IMG/VR virus record: IMGVR_UViG_3300029319_008466
Coordinates: 1-64,000 of that record
Direction: 5' to 3' (one strand)
Source: a virus
Length of the DNA stretch: 64,000 nucleotides
The position numbers and the translations under genes are program-made. Under the pieces are notes generated by a model that ran no database searches, was not told the origin of the DNA, and worked only from the letters and a program-made list of their open reading frames with translations. Positions within the stretch are counted from its first letter, which is position 1, and every line of letters starts with the position of its first letter. This document shows positions 16,879-26,025 of this stretch, piece by piece.

Positions 16879-18133
16879 GAACCGCTTTATAAAAGAAGAT
16901 TTTGAACTAAACTATGGTGACTTAACAGAAATTAGGCATAAGTATGAGCCATTGGCCCTCGGAGATCAGGTGCCGGTTGTGTGGCACAAAGCAAAAGATT
17001 TCAATGTTTATGATGAGAGTGGGAACAAGTGGATCGATATGACTGCTGGGATTTTTGCAGCCAACGCTGGACACTCGAACGAAGAAATAAAGAAAGCTAT
17101 AAAAAAACAATTGGATGACGATTTGCTTTTTGCATATCAATATGAGACACGTATAAGGTCGAAATTTGTTACCAAGTTTATTGATACAACTCCAGATTAT
17201 CTTAACAAGGTCGTGTTGTTAAATACAGGCTCTGAAGCAACAGATGCTTGCTATAAAATAATTAAACTTTGGGCAAAGAAAAATAATAAAAAATATATTG
17301 TTTGCTTTAATGGAAGTTATCACGGTAGAGTTCTGGGCTCGGCGCTGATGTGTGGTAGTAAGGACGCTACACAATGGTCGAATGTTGTAGACGATGATAT
17401 TGTGTTCATAGATTTTCCTTATGATGAAGATTCGCGCTTTGATCCATCGCTTCTACCACCCAGAGAACAAATAGCTGCTTTTTTCTTAGAAACGTATCAG
17501 GGGTGGGGAGCTTGCATGTATCCCCCTCAATATATAAAGGATTTATATACTTTTGCTAGAGAAAGCGGTGCTTTAGTCTGTTTTGATGAGGTTCAAGCAG
17601 GATTTTATAGAATGGGCAAGCTTTTTGGATTTATGACTTATGGTGATTTTATTGAACCAGATATGATTACTCTTGGTAAGGGTATCTCCTCTTCTCTTCC
17701 AATGTCTGCGGTGTTGGGCAGGGCGGAAATCATAGATGTAGACTTAGATGCTAATTTAAGCGGCACACATGCTGGAAATGCCCTTGGTTCTGCTGCATGT
17801 TTGGCTAATTTAGAGGTGTTAACTAGTAAAAAGTTTCAAACAGAACTTGAGAAAAAGATAGTCTATTTTGAAAAGAGGTGCGAAGAACTCTTAAGACTTA
17901 ATTCTGTAGTAAAAGTTAACTATCGAGGAATGGTCGCTGGCATAATCTTAGATAATACAAAAGTTGCGAATGATGCAGTCAATAGATGCATTCTAAATGG
18001 AGTGCTTCCTGTTTGCACATTTAGAGAGTCCATAAAGCTCGGGCCTCCTTTGACTATCAGCATTGAAGCAATAGGAGAAGCGTTTGATGTTATCGAAAAT
18101 GCAATAATTGAGGCATCAAATGTCAAAAAATAA
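16865..18133 (+). CDS. Class III PLP aminotransferase
   Basis: NTGSEA, SYHGR, FDEVQAGFYRMG, PDMITLGKG (PLP Lys). Confidence 0.9.
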   Translation: MVYTKNRFIKEDFELNYGDLTEIRHKYEPLALGDQVPVVWHKAKDFNVYDESGNKWIDMTAGIFAANAGHSNEEIKKAIKKQLDDDLLFAYQYETRIRSKFVTKFIDTTPDYLNKVVLLNTGSEATDACYKIIKLWAKKNNKKYIVCFNGSYHGRVLGSALMCGSKDATQWSNVVDDDIVFIDFPYDEDSRFDPSLLPPREQIAAFFLETYQGWGACMYPPQYIKDLYTFARESGALVCFDEVQAGFYRMGKLFGFMTYGDFIEPDMITLGKGISSSLPMSAVLGRAEIIDVDLDANLSGTHAGNALGSAACLANLEVLTSKKFQTELEKKIVYFEKRCEELLRLNSVVKVNYRGMVAGIILDNTKVANDAVNRCILNGVLPVCTFRESIKLGPPLTISIEAIGEAFDVIENAIIEASNVKK

Positions 18134-18842
18134 AAAATCAATTATCAATGATGAAAAATATTTATCACACACATATTCAGATAATGCAGCACCCCCTAGT
18201 GAATATCCAGACTTACTTGCAAAATGGCTTTTGGAAAATGTTTTTCACGAACCTGGAAAAATAGCTGATTTTGGCTGTGGCCGCGGCGACTATCTTCGCG
18301 CATTTAAATTACTTAATTTTGAACCTTACGGGTTGGATATTTCGCCCAATATTAAAAAACTTTCGGACTTTAAGGTAAAACAAGTAGACTTTATCAACGA
18401 TGAGACACCATATGTCGAGGAAAAGTTTGATTTTATTTTTAGCAAATCAGTTATTGAACACCTTAGAGAGCCAACACCTTATTTTTCAGCAATACACGAG
18501 GGCTTAAAAAAGGGTGGAAAAGCAGTGGTCATGGTGCCAAGCTGGGCTCACACTTATTGGGGTCCATTTTATATTGATTACACCCATGTAACGCCGTTTA
18601 CTGCCAAATCCCTAAAGGATGCGCTGGAAATGGCCGGGTTTGAGAATGTGAATGTTAGATACTTTTATCAACTTCCCGTCGTATGGAAACACCCATGGCT
18701 TAAGCCTTTGATACAACTATTTTCTAAATTACCTTTACCCTACGCCCCGTATAATGAAGTACCGTGGGAAACCTCTAATAAATTTAATAAGCTAATACGT
18801 TTCTCGAAAGAAGTAATGTTAATGGCAATTGTGGAGAAATAA
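18120..18842 (+). CDS. Class I SAM-dependent methyltransferase
   Basis: DFGCGRG, FSKSVIEHL, DYTHV. Confidence 0.85.
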   Translation: MSKNKKSIINDEKYLSHTYSDNAAPPSEYPDLLAKWLLENVFHEPGKIADFGCGRGDYLRAFKLLNFEPYGLDISPNIKKLSDFKVKQVDFINDETPYVEEKFDFIFSKSVIEHLREPTPYFSAIHEGLKKGGKAVVMVPSWAHTYWGPFYIDYTHVTPFTAKSLKDALEMAGFENVNVRYFYQLPVVWKHPWLKPLIQLFSKLPLPYAPYNEVPWETSNKFNKLIRFSKEVMLMAIVEK

Positions 18843-18843
18843 A

Positions 18844-19272
18844 ATGTTAAACATTAGACACACCGGTATTGTTACCAGTGATATTGAAAAATCAATCTTA
18901 TTTTATCAAAATTTTGGATTTAAAATACAAAAAGATATGTTGGAGTCTGGAGATTATATCGACAACTTTTCCGCTCTCAATGGTGTCATTGTCAGAACGG
19001 TGAAAATGTCGTTAGAAAACGGAGATATGATTGAGCTATTAAATTATAAATCACATCCAGAAAAGCCCGATATGAGCAGAAAAATAACACAAATTGGATG
19101 CTCTCATGTTGCCCTAACTGTTCCCGATTTGGATGAATTATATAATAACTTAAAACGACAGCACGTTGTCTTTAATAGTCCTCCGCAGTATTCTCCTGAT
19201 GGATATGCAAAGGTTACTTTCTGTAAAGATCCAGATGGGTCGCTTGTTGAATTAGTGGAGGTGCTGGTTTGA
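18844..19272 (+). CDS. VOC/glyoxalase-family protein
   Basis: HTGIV..IELL..HVAL..DPDGSLVELVE metal-ligand pattern. Confidence 0.85.
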   Translation: MLNIRHTGIVTSDIEKSILFYQNFGFKIQKDMLESGDYIDNFSALNGVIVRTVKMSLENGDMIELLNYKSHPEKPDMSRKITQIGCSHVALTVPDLDELYNNLKRQHVVFNSPPQYSPDGYAKVTFCKDPDGSLVELVEVLV

Positions 19273-20009
19273 GCTTTATAGAAAACTTGTTTTCGTTGCA
19301 GGGGAAAGTCGCAATTGTAACCGGCTCGGCTCGTGGCAATGGTAAAGCAATTGCAGAAGGTCTGCTTTCGGCTGGTGCTACGGTTGTTGCAGTTGATATA
19401 ATAGAACAAGAGATTGGTTGCAAAAAAGTTTTATGTGATATTACGGACACAAAACAATTAAACAATTTGGTACAAAACACGATAGAAGAGTATGGGAAAA
19501 TTGATATATTAGTAAACAATGCCGGAGTTAGTCTTGGAAGTGAGGATGAAGAGTACCCAGATCATCTTTGGGAAAAAACATTAGATGTCAATATTACGGC
19601 ACCATTTAGGCTGACAAAGCTTGTTTCCGAACACATGAAAGGTCAAAATAGCGGATCGATAATAAACATAACAAGCTTAAATGCCGAGCTTGCATTTCCA
19701 AACAACCCTGCTTATATGGCATCTAAGGGTGCGTTAAAACAATTTACAAAATCACTGGCATATGATTTGGGGTCTTACGGAATTCGTGCCAATAATGTTG
19801 GTCCCGGTTATATCAAAACTGATATGACTAAAAAAAGCTGGAAAGATCCAGAAATGAATAAAATAAGAAAAAATAGAACTTTATTAGGTAGATGGGGATA
19901 TCCAGAGGATTTGGTGGGAACAGTTGTATTTTTATCTTCTAATGCTTCGCGTTTTGTAACTGGTCAGGATTTATATGTGGATGGCGGCTGGCTCATGAAG
20001 GGATTATAA
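19269..20009 (+). CDS. Classical SDR oxidoreductase
   Basis: TGSARGNG, NNAG, YMASK, VDGG. TTG start. Confidence 0.9.
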   Translation: MSFIENLFSLQGKVAIVTGSARGNGKAIAEGLLSAGATVVAVDIIEQEIGCKKVLCDITDTKQLNNLVQNTIEEYGKIDILVNNAGVSLGSEDEEYPDHLWEKTLDVNITAPFRLTKLVSEHMKGQNSGSIINITSLNAELAFPNNPAYMASKGALKQFTKSLAYDLGSYGIRANNVGPGYIKTDMTKKSWKDPEMNKIRKNRTLLGRWGYPEDLVGTVVFLSSNASRFVTGQDLYVDGGWLMKGL

Positions 20010-20010
20010 A

Positions 20011-20802
20011 ATGCACTATAATTTTACAGCTTTTGATGAATTTGAGATATTTTCTTCCAAGAGCAATATAGAGCAATATAGAGAGTTTAAGCTCAACGAA
20101 GTTCAGAAAAATGTTTCTTTTATAAAAAGGCATTTTAAAAACAAAATAGATGTTTTAGAGATTGGCTCTGGAAATTCAAAGTTCTTATATGCTTTGGAGC
20201 AACACAATCTTTTGAATTTTGGATATGGCGTAGATGTCAGCAAGAGCAGAGTGGACTTTGCTGACGAATGGAAGAGGGATTTAAGATTAAATAATATACA
20301 CAACATGCACAAAAATATATTAGATTCAGATATGAGTGAGTTCCCACAAGTTGATTTAATATATTGTGTCGATATGGCCTTTCAACTTTTCGATCCAGCG
20401 TCTCAAGGCAGTGATATAAAATTTTTAAATAGTTGCTATAAAAAACTAAAGAAGGGGGGTAAAATAATATTAGAACTGGACAACAATAGTAAAATATTAA
20501 AAAGCCTTGAAAACAACGAGGCCAAGTTATGGCAGGAGTTTGACAGCTCAGATCCCTGGAGGTATCTGTTGTGGGATTGCAACTATGAACCAAAAAGATC
20601 GTATTTACATATCAAAAAAACTTTTATAAAAAGAGATCTATCTGAAATTTCTAGAAATAACATATGTTTAAGAGTTTATACACACAACGACATAATTAAT
20701 ATACTAGACAAACTTTCTTTTAAAAAAATGCAAATATATAACCACTGGGATAAGAAAGGCGACATGTCTGATGATGAATTTATAATTATAGGAGAAAAAT
20801 AA
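20011..20802 (+). CDS. Class I SAM-dependent methyltransferase
   Basis: VLEIGSGNS, GVDVS, LKKGG. Confidence 0.75.
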   Translation: MHYNFTAFDEFEIFSSKSNIEQYREFKLNEVQKNVSFIKRHFKNKIDVLEIGSGNSKFLYALEQHNLLNFGYGVDVSKSRVDFADEWKRDLRLNNIHNMHKNILDSDMSEFPQVDLIYCVDMAFQLFDPASQGSDIKFLNSCYKKLKKGGKIILELDNNSKILKSLENNEAKLWQEFDSSDPWRYLLWDCNYEPKRSYLHIKKTFIKRDLSEISRNNICLRVYTHNDIINILDKLSFKKMQIYNHWDKKGDMSDDEFIIIGEK

Positions 20803-22412
20803 TGGCAAAACAAGATAAGGTTCGTAAAACACCACAAATTAAGCCACCAGTTTTTTCGGCAAATGTGGATTTCAAACCAAAAAAAAATAAAGGATATCAA
20901 AACAGGGTACTTTTATTAAATCCTCCGACCGATAGAACTCAATTTGTGGGATCTGACAATTATTTCCCTCTTGGGCTCATAATGCTTGCAACAGTTCTTC
21001 GAGGAAATGATGATGTAGCAGAAATTATGGATATTAATAATGATTTCTTTCATCGTGATTTGGATGATGATCTTTTTATACAATATATGAATGAGGTTGT
21101 ACTACCATATGTTGAAGAATTCAAGCCCGATATGGTTGGCATTGGCGGCACTTTTTCTGGAGCATTTAAATATACGAAAATTATTGCAAGAATGGTGAAA
21201 AATAAGTTTCCAACCATCCCCACTATCGTAGGTGGAAATCATGCTAGCACATTTAAGGGAATGGTACTGGAAAGGTTTAGGTATATAGATTATGTTATGA
21301 TTGGGGAGGGAGAATATACTTTTCCTGAATTTTTACACTCAGTTATACACAAAAACAACGAAGGGCTTGAGCTTGTTGATGGCATATGTTATAGAAAAGG
21401 CGGACACAGAGCGGTGCCCTATGATGTATCACTTCAGGACGACCACACACCGGCAGCCGAAATTATTACACAACAAAAGAAATTTTATATTAATAATTTA
21501 GATGAATTGCCAAAACCGGATTTTGACATTGTTGGTGTTGATAAATATTATATGGATACATCAGATTGGTATAATCCTCACAATATAGAAGTTGGACAAC
21601 CATTTCCCATTATATCCAGTAGAAGTTGTCCCATGAGATGCACATTTTGTAATATGTGGCACGTCCATGGTCCAAAAATAAGATATAGAAGCGCAGAAGA
21701 TGTTGTTGACGAAATAGAATATTTATATCACACACACAATGCAAGATATTTCCAATTTATGGATGATAACTTTACATTTGATAAAAAACGTGTTATTAAA
21801 ATGATGACCGAGATTAAAAGAAGAGGATTGAAAATCTCATATGATACTCCGAACGGTATTGCAATTAATCGACTGGACGAGGATGTTATTCGAGCAATGG
21901 TAGAAGGTGGTTTGATTAGAATAAGCATTGCAATTGAGAGCGGTTCACAAAAAATAAGAGAGATTATGATGAAAGGCCTCAAACAAGACAAGATTTATGA
22001 AGCGGCGAATGAATTGGCAAAGTATCCACACGTATTTGTAAAAGCATTTTTTATTGTTGGAATGCCCGAGGAAACAGAAGAGACCTTAGAAGAAACAAGA
22101 AGTATGATTAAAACTCTTCCAATAGATAAATTCTCTATCAATTACGCTACGCCATTTCCTGGTACTGCATTGTTTAATCAATGTAAAGCAAAGGGAATGT
22201 TGCGCTATGAAGTAGAAGACTATGTTGAGATTGATGGTCATCAATTAAGATCAGATAGACCTCATTTTAAGCCATACGAATTAACCGAACAGCAATTGAT
22301 GGATTTTATTGAGTGGGGTGATGAGTATATTAAAACACTCCCAGATAAGACCGGAAAATATGACCCACGAGGTGCTGGCGACATTGCCTCCTATGGTAGT
22401 GTATTTAACTGA
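20802..22412 (+). CDS. Cobalamin-binding radical SAM enzyme (class B methylase-like)
   Basis: PLGL and GGNHAS/GEGE in the B12 domain, SRSCPMRCTFC (CX3CX2C), IESGS, TPFPGT. Confidence 0.9.
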   Translation: MAKQDKVRKTPQIKPPVFSANVDFKPKKNKGYQNRVLLLNPPTDRTQFVGSDNYFPLGLIMLATVLRGNDDVAEIMDINNDFFHRDLDDDLFIQYMNEVVLPYVEEFKPDMVGIGGTFSGAFKYTKIIARMVKNKFPTIPTIVGGNHASTFKGMVLERFRYIDYVMIGEGEYTFPEFLHSVIHKNNEGLELVDGICYRKGGHRAVPYDVSLQDDHTPAAEIITQQKKFYINNLDELPKPDFDIVGVDKYYMDTSDWYNPHNIEVGQPFPIISSRSCPMRCTFCNMWHVHGPKIRYRSAEDVVDEIEYLYHTHNARYFQFMDDNFTFDKKRVIKMMTEIKRRGLKISYDTPNGIAINRLDEDVIRAMVEGGLIRISIAIESGSQKIREIMMKGLKQDKIYEAANELAKYPHVFVKAFFIVGMPEETEETLEETRSMIKTLPIDKFSINYATPFPGTALFNQCKAKGMLRYEVEDYVEIDGHQLRSDRPHFKPYELTEQQLMDFIEWGDEYIKTLPDKTGKYDPRGAGDIASYGSVFN

Positions 22413-22423
22413 CAGAGGTGTAA

Positions 22424-22780
22424 GTGTCAAGTTTGAAAATGAATTATGTCCCTAAAGGGTGGGGATTTGAGAAGTGGATTGTAAATTGCGATGAATATTG
22501 TGGAAAATTACTTTATTTTGTTAAAGGCAAACGATGTTCTTGGCACTACCACGAACTAAAAGATGAAGTTTTCTATATTCAGTCTGGGAAAATGTTGGTA
22601 AAATATTCTGATGATGACGATATTGAAAATGCAAAAGAACTAATATTAGAAAAAGGCGATAACTTTCACGTTTATCGAGGGTTGCGCCATCAAATGATTG
22701 CTCTGCAAGATACAGAATTGTTTGAGTTTTCAACCCAACACTTTGATAGTGATAGCTATAGGATTCAAAAAGGTGATTGA
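22424..22780 (+). CDS. Cupin-domain protein (sugar-isomerase-like)
   Basis: KGWGFE, CSWHYH..KDEVF, H, EFST. Confidence 0.8.
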   Translation: MSSLKMNYVPKGWGFEKWIVNCDEYCGKLLYFVKGKRCSWHYHELKDEVFYIQSGKMLVKYSDDDDIENAKELILEKGDNFHVYRGLRHQMIALQDTELFEFSTQHFDSDSYRIQKGD

Positions 22781-23085
22781 TGATTTATTACATCGATATA
22801 GATGAGACAATCTGCTATTATGACGGAGACAGACATTATCCAGATGCTCTGCCAAATCAGGAAAGGATAAGCAAGATTAACGCCCTATACGATGAAGGGC
22901 ATAAAGTTGTTTATTGGACTGCCCGAGGCGGAACCACCGGAATTGACTGGACAGACACAACACGCGAACAGTTAATCAAATGGGGTGCAAAACACGACGA
23001 ACTAAAAATGTGGAAGCCAGCATATGATGTTTTTATATGTGATAAGGCAATAAATTCAGAGAGGTTTTTCAATGAAGAAGGTTAA
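22780..23085 (+). CDS. Small HAD-family phosphatase
   Basis: DIDETIC (DxD), WTARG, KP.YD..ICDKA. Confidence 0.8.
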   Translation: MIYYIDIDETICYYDGDRHYPDALPNQERISKINALYDEGHKVVYWTARGGTTGIDWTDTTREQLIKWGAKHDELKMWKPAYDVFICDKAINSERFFNEEG

Positions 23086-23986
23086 GGTTAATTTATTTGA
23101 CAGCCTGGGTCCAGACAATTATTATGAGTATTGGCAAAGCCACAATTTTTCTAGTGAATTCGAGCCCAAGAAAGTTCAATGGGTTTATGAAAGCCGTGGT
23201 AAGGGGTATGAAAAATATGATGGTGTCACAGTTTTTACAGACAAAGATATACTGTCTCCGTGGGTTGATCGGGTTGATACAAAATATAAAATAGCATGGC
23301 TCGTAGAGTGCAAAGCGATTCATCCTTTTTCATATAAACAAGTTGTACAATTTGAAGATAAGTTTGATTATATTTTTACCTTCGACGAAGAGTTGTTAAA
23401 AAGGGGTGACAAGTATATTAAAAACCTTATAGGGACTTCCCGAGTTTCAAATGAAGATGCGGGTGTACACCCTAAAACAAAGCTTCTGTCACTAATCGCA
23501 TCAAAAAAACAATGGACAAAAGGGCACAAACTTAGACATATTGTAGCGGAATCTATCAAGGATAAATATCCTGTGGACCTCTGGGGCACTGCGTATAAGC
23601 CATTTGGACTAAACAATCAGGGTCTTTCCGCCGCTGCAATCCGAGAGGGTAAAAGCGAGCCATTAAGAGATTATAATTTTAGCATTACAATAATGAACTC
23701 GAAAGAAAATAATTATTTTACCGAAACTTTAGTCGATGTTTTCAGACATGGAACAATACCGATTTTTTGGGGTTGTGAAAACATTGGAGAATACTTTAAT
23801 GAAAAGGGAATTTTAAAATTTAATAGTGCCTCTGAATTAATAACGATACTTGACAACTTAACTCCAGAGTTGTATAATGAAAAAATAGAATACGTTAAAG
23901 AAAATTATGAATTAGCAAAAAAGTATGTTTCTATGGACGATACTTTTGCAACCAATTTAATTGAAAGGGTATTGAAAAATGAGTAG
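23072..23986 (+). CDS. GT10 (fucosyltransferase)-like glycosyltransferase
   Basis: FSITIMNS..NYFTETL.D.F..GTIPIFWG is a variant of the ENS...YxTEK...G.IPIYWG motif. Confidence 0.7.
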   Translation: MKKVKVNLFDSLGPDNYYEYWQSHNFSSEFEPKKVQWVYESRGKGYEKYDGVTVFTDKDILSPWVDRVDTKYKIAWLVECKAIHPFSYKQVVQFEDKFDYIFTFDEELLKRGDKYIKNLIGTSRVSNEDAGVHPKTKLLSLIASKKQWTKGHKLRHIVAESIKDKYPVDLWGTAYKPFGLNNQGLSAAAIREGKSEPLRDYNFSITIMNSKENNYFTETLVDVFRHGTIPIFWGCENIGEYFNEKGILKFNSASELITILDNLTPELYNEKIEYVKENYELAKKYVSMDDTFATNLIERVLKNE

Positions 23987-24389
23987 TAGAAAATATTTAC
24001 CAACACTATCAGAACTGGTGGATAGGCTTTCAATTGTACAGTTAAAAGAAGTTTTTATTACAGAACACAAGGAAGAATATGCACAAGAGATATCTGATAT
24101 ATGTCACGATATTGAAATAATATTGGAAAATTCGGATAGTATTACTGCCGATACGGTGCGTGCAATTGTGGTTTTATCACAAATGAACTTGCATATTTGG
24201 CATAATGAATCAAACTATCGAAAGGGAATTAAAGATGGCAACAACCTTGAGCTTACCCATGGGTTAAATGGAATTCGCAATACGGCAAAAAACAAGATAC
24301 AAGAAATTGTTGGTGGTCGTAAAGATTACAAAATAGATTGTCTAGCGGCTGAGTTTAAGGATTGGGAAGTTAGTTGGAAAAATGATTAA
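23979..24389 (+). CDS. Helical hypothetical protein in the glycan locus
   Basis: LSELVDRLSIVQLKE...N..IWH.E...N..R...K pattern (DUF4254/DUF6165-like, from memory). Confidence 0.55.
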   Translation: MSSRKYLPTLSELVDRLSIVQLKEVFITEHKEEYAQEISDICHDIEIILENSDSITADTVRAIVVLSQMNLHIWHNESNYRKGIKDGNNLELTHGLNGIRNTAKNKIQEIVGGRKDYKIDCLAAEFKDWEVSWKND

Positions 24390-24855
24390 GGATGTGAAGT
24401 ATTACGAGCCCGATGCTTATACAGATTATAGAGGTGATCTGTGGACTCTGTGGCAATCAGGAGATTGTGATTTAAGCTTTAATCATGATAAGGTTTCCAC
24501 TTCTCGTAAGAATGTGCTTCGCGGAATTCATGGCGATTTTAAATCTTGGAAATTAGTAACTTGTTTACATGGAGAACTGTACTTTGTAATGGTTGACAAT
24601 CGCAAAAATTCTGAAACCTATAAAATGTGGAATTGGACAATACTAAGCCCCCACAACAAGAAACAAGTTCTTTTACCACCTGGCGTCGGCAATGGTTTTT
24701 TGGTTTTAAGTGATCATTCTGTTTTTCATTATAAGTGGGCATATGAAGGAAAATACCCAGATGTACAAGATCAGTTTACTATTAAATGGAATGATTCGTC
24801 CATAAATATTGATTGGCCAATTACAAACCCTATTTTACAACCAAGAGATAAATAA
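24382..24855 (+). CDS. rmlC: NDP-4-keto-6-deoxysugar 3,5-epimerase (RmlC family)
   Basis: D.RG, VLRGIHG, KLVTC, PPGVGNGF, YK, WP...PIL..RD. Confidence 0.85.
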   Translation: MIKDVKYYEPDAYTDYRGDLWTLWQSGDCDLSFNHDKVSTSRKNVLRGIHGDFKSWKLVTCLHGELYFVMVDNRKNSETYKMWNWTILSPHNKKQVLLPPGVGNGFLVLSDHSVFHYKWAYEGKYPDVQDQFTIKWNDSSINIDWPITNPILQPRDK

Positions 24856-25487
24856 TGAATGTAAAAATACCACCTCATTTGCGGAAAGTGAGGGATGTAA
24901 GTTTAACTCCGCAAGAACTAATTGATTTTGAAGCAAAGGTCAGAGACTATTATGAAGCTGGTAAAATTAAAGGACCAATTCATTTAGCTAAAAACAATGA
25001 AAATGAACTAATACATATTTTTCAATATATCAGCAAAGATGATTGGGTTTTTGTGCCATGGAGAAATCATTATCAGGCGCTTTTGCACGGAGTGAATCCA
25101 GACAAACTATTAAATTGGATCATAGAGGGCAGGAGTATGGGCACTAATAATGTAAATCCAAATTTTTATGCATCATCTATTGTGGGAGGTATTATTCCTA
25201 TCGCTGTGGGTGCCGCTGTAGCCCTTAAGAGAAAAGAAACGACTCGTCGTGTGTGGTGTTTTGTGGGAGACATGACAATGGAAACTGGCGTGTTTCATGA
25301 GGCATATAAATATGTTAAGAACTTTGATCTACCATTACAGTGGGTTATAGAGGATAATAATATGAGCGTTCACACTCCTACCGAAATGGCGTGGAATAAT
25401 AAACAAAGAGTTCCTGAAGATGTAATCTATTATGAGTATGAAATGGGCTATCCTCATCACGGAACTGGCAAGTGGGTGAATTTTTAA
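24855..25487 (+). CDS. Short ThDP-dependent E1-alpha-like subunit
   Basis: GPIHL, WRNHY, SIVGG, GDM..ETG..E...EDNN. Only 210 aa. Confidence 0.82.
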   Translation: MNVKIPPHLRKVRDVSLTPQELIDFEAKVRDYYEAGKIKGPIHLAKNNENELIHIFQYISKDDWVFVPWRNHYQALLHGVNPDKLLNWIIEGRSMGTNNVNPNFYASSIVGGIIPIAVGAAVALKRKETTRRVWCFVGDMTMETGVFHEAYKYVKNFDLPLQWVIEDNNMSVHTPTEMAWNNKQRVPEDVIYYEYEMGYPHHGTGKWVNF

Positions 25488-25488
25488 A

Positions 25489-26025
25489 ATGCGCTATAAA
25501 GAAGAAATTATTAGAGCAATGAATTGGCTTGCAGAGAAAGAAGATACCGTATTTTTGGGACAAGCTTGCAAGGTCAGTGGCCACGCTATATCAAGTACTA
25601 TTACAGACGTTCCACAAGAAAAACGTATTGAGCTTCCTGTATTTGAAGAAACACAACTCGGAATATCTACAGGCATGGCTTTAGAGGGTTATGTGCCCAT
25701 CACCATGTACCCCAGATTTGATTTTTTTATTTTAGCAATGAATCAGTTGGTCAATCATTTGGATAAAATGAGAGACATGTCAAAAAATGACATGAAACCA
25801 AAAGTAATTATCCGTGTCGCTGTTGGGGCAAAAACACCAATTGATGCCGGACCACAACACACTCAAAACCATACTGATGCGTTGAGGTTAATGCTTACTG
25901 ATGTCAATGTTGTCGAACTTACAGAGCCAGAGCAAGTATTTCCATCTTTCAAAGAGGCATATGAAAGAGAAGACGGGCGAGCAACCTTGTTGGTAGAACA
26001 TGGAGAGTTTTATGTCTCAAAATAA
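25489..26025 (+). CDS. Short E1-beta/transketolase pyrimidine-binding subunit
   Basis: LGQ, ELPVFE..Q.G...G.A, RFDF...NQLVNH, GPQH. 178 aa with no C-terminal domain. Confidence 0.82.
   Translation: MRYKEEIIRAMNWLAEKEDTVFLGQACKVSGHAISSTITDVPQEKRIELPVFEETQLGISTGMALEGYVPITMYPRFDFFILAMNQLVNHLDKMRDMSKNDMKPKVIIRVAVGAKTPIDAGPQHTQNHTDALRLMLTDVNVVELTEPEQVFPSFKEAYEREDGRATLLVEHGEFYVSK

Noticed and set aside
24855-26025. Pyruvate dehydrogenase, or pseudogenised E1 subunits
   Set aside because: No E2 or E3. Both ORFs end cleanly and abut their neighbours, which fits short functional forms.
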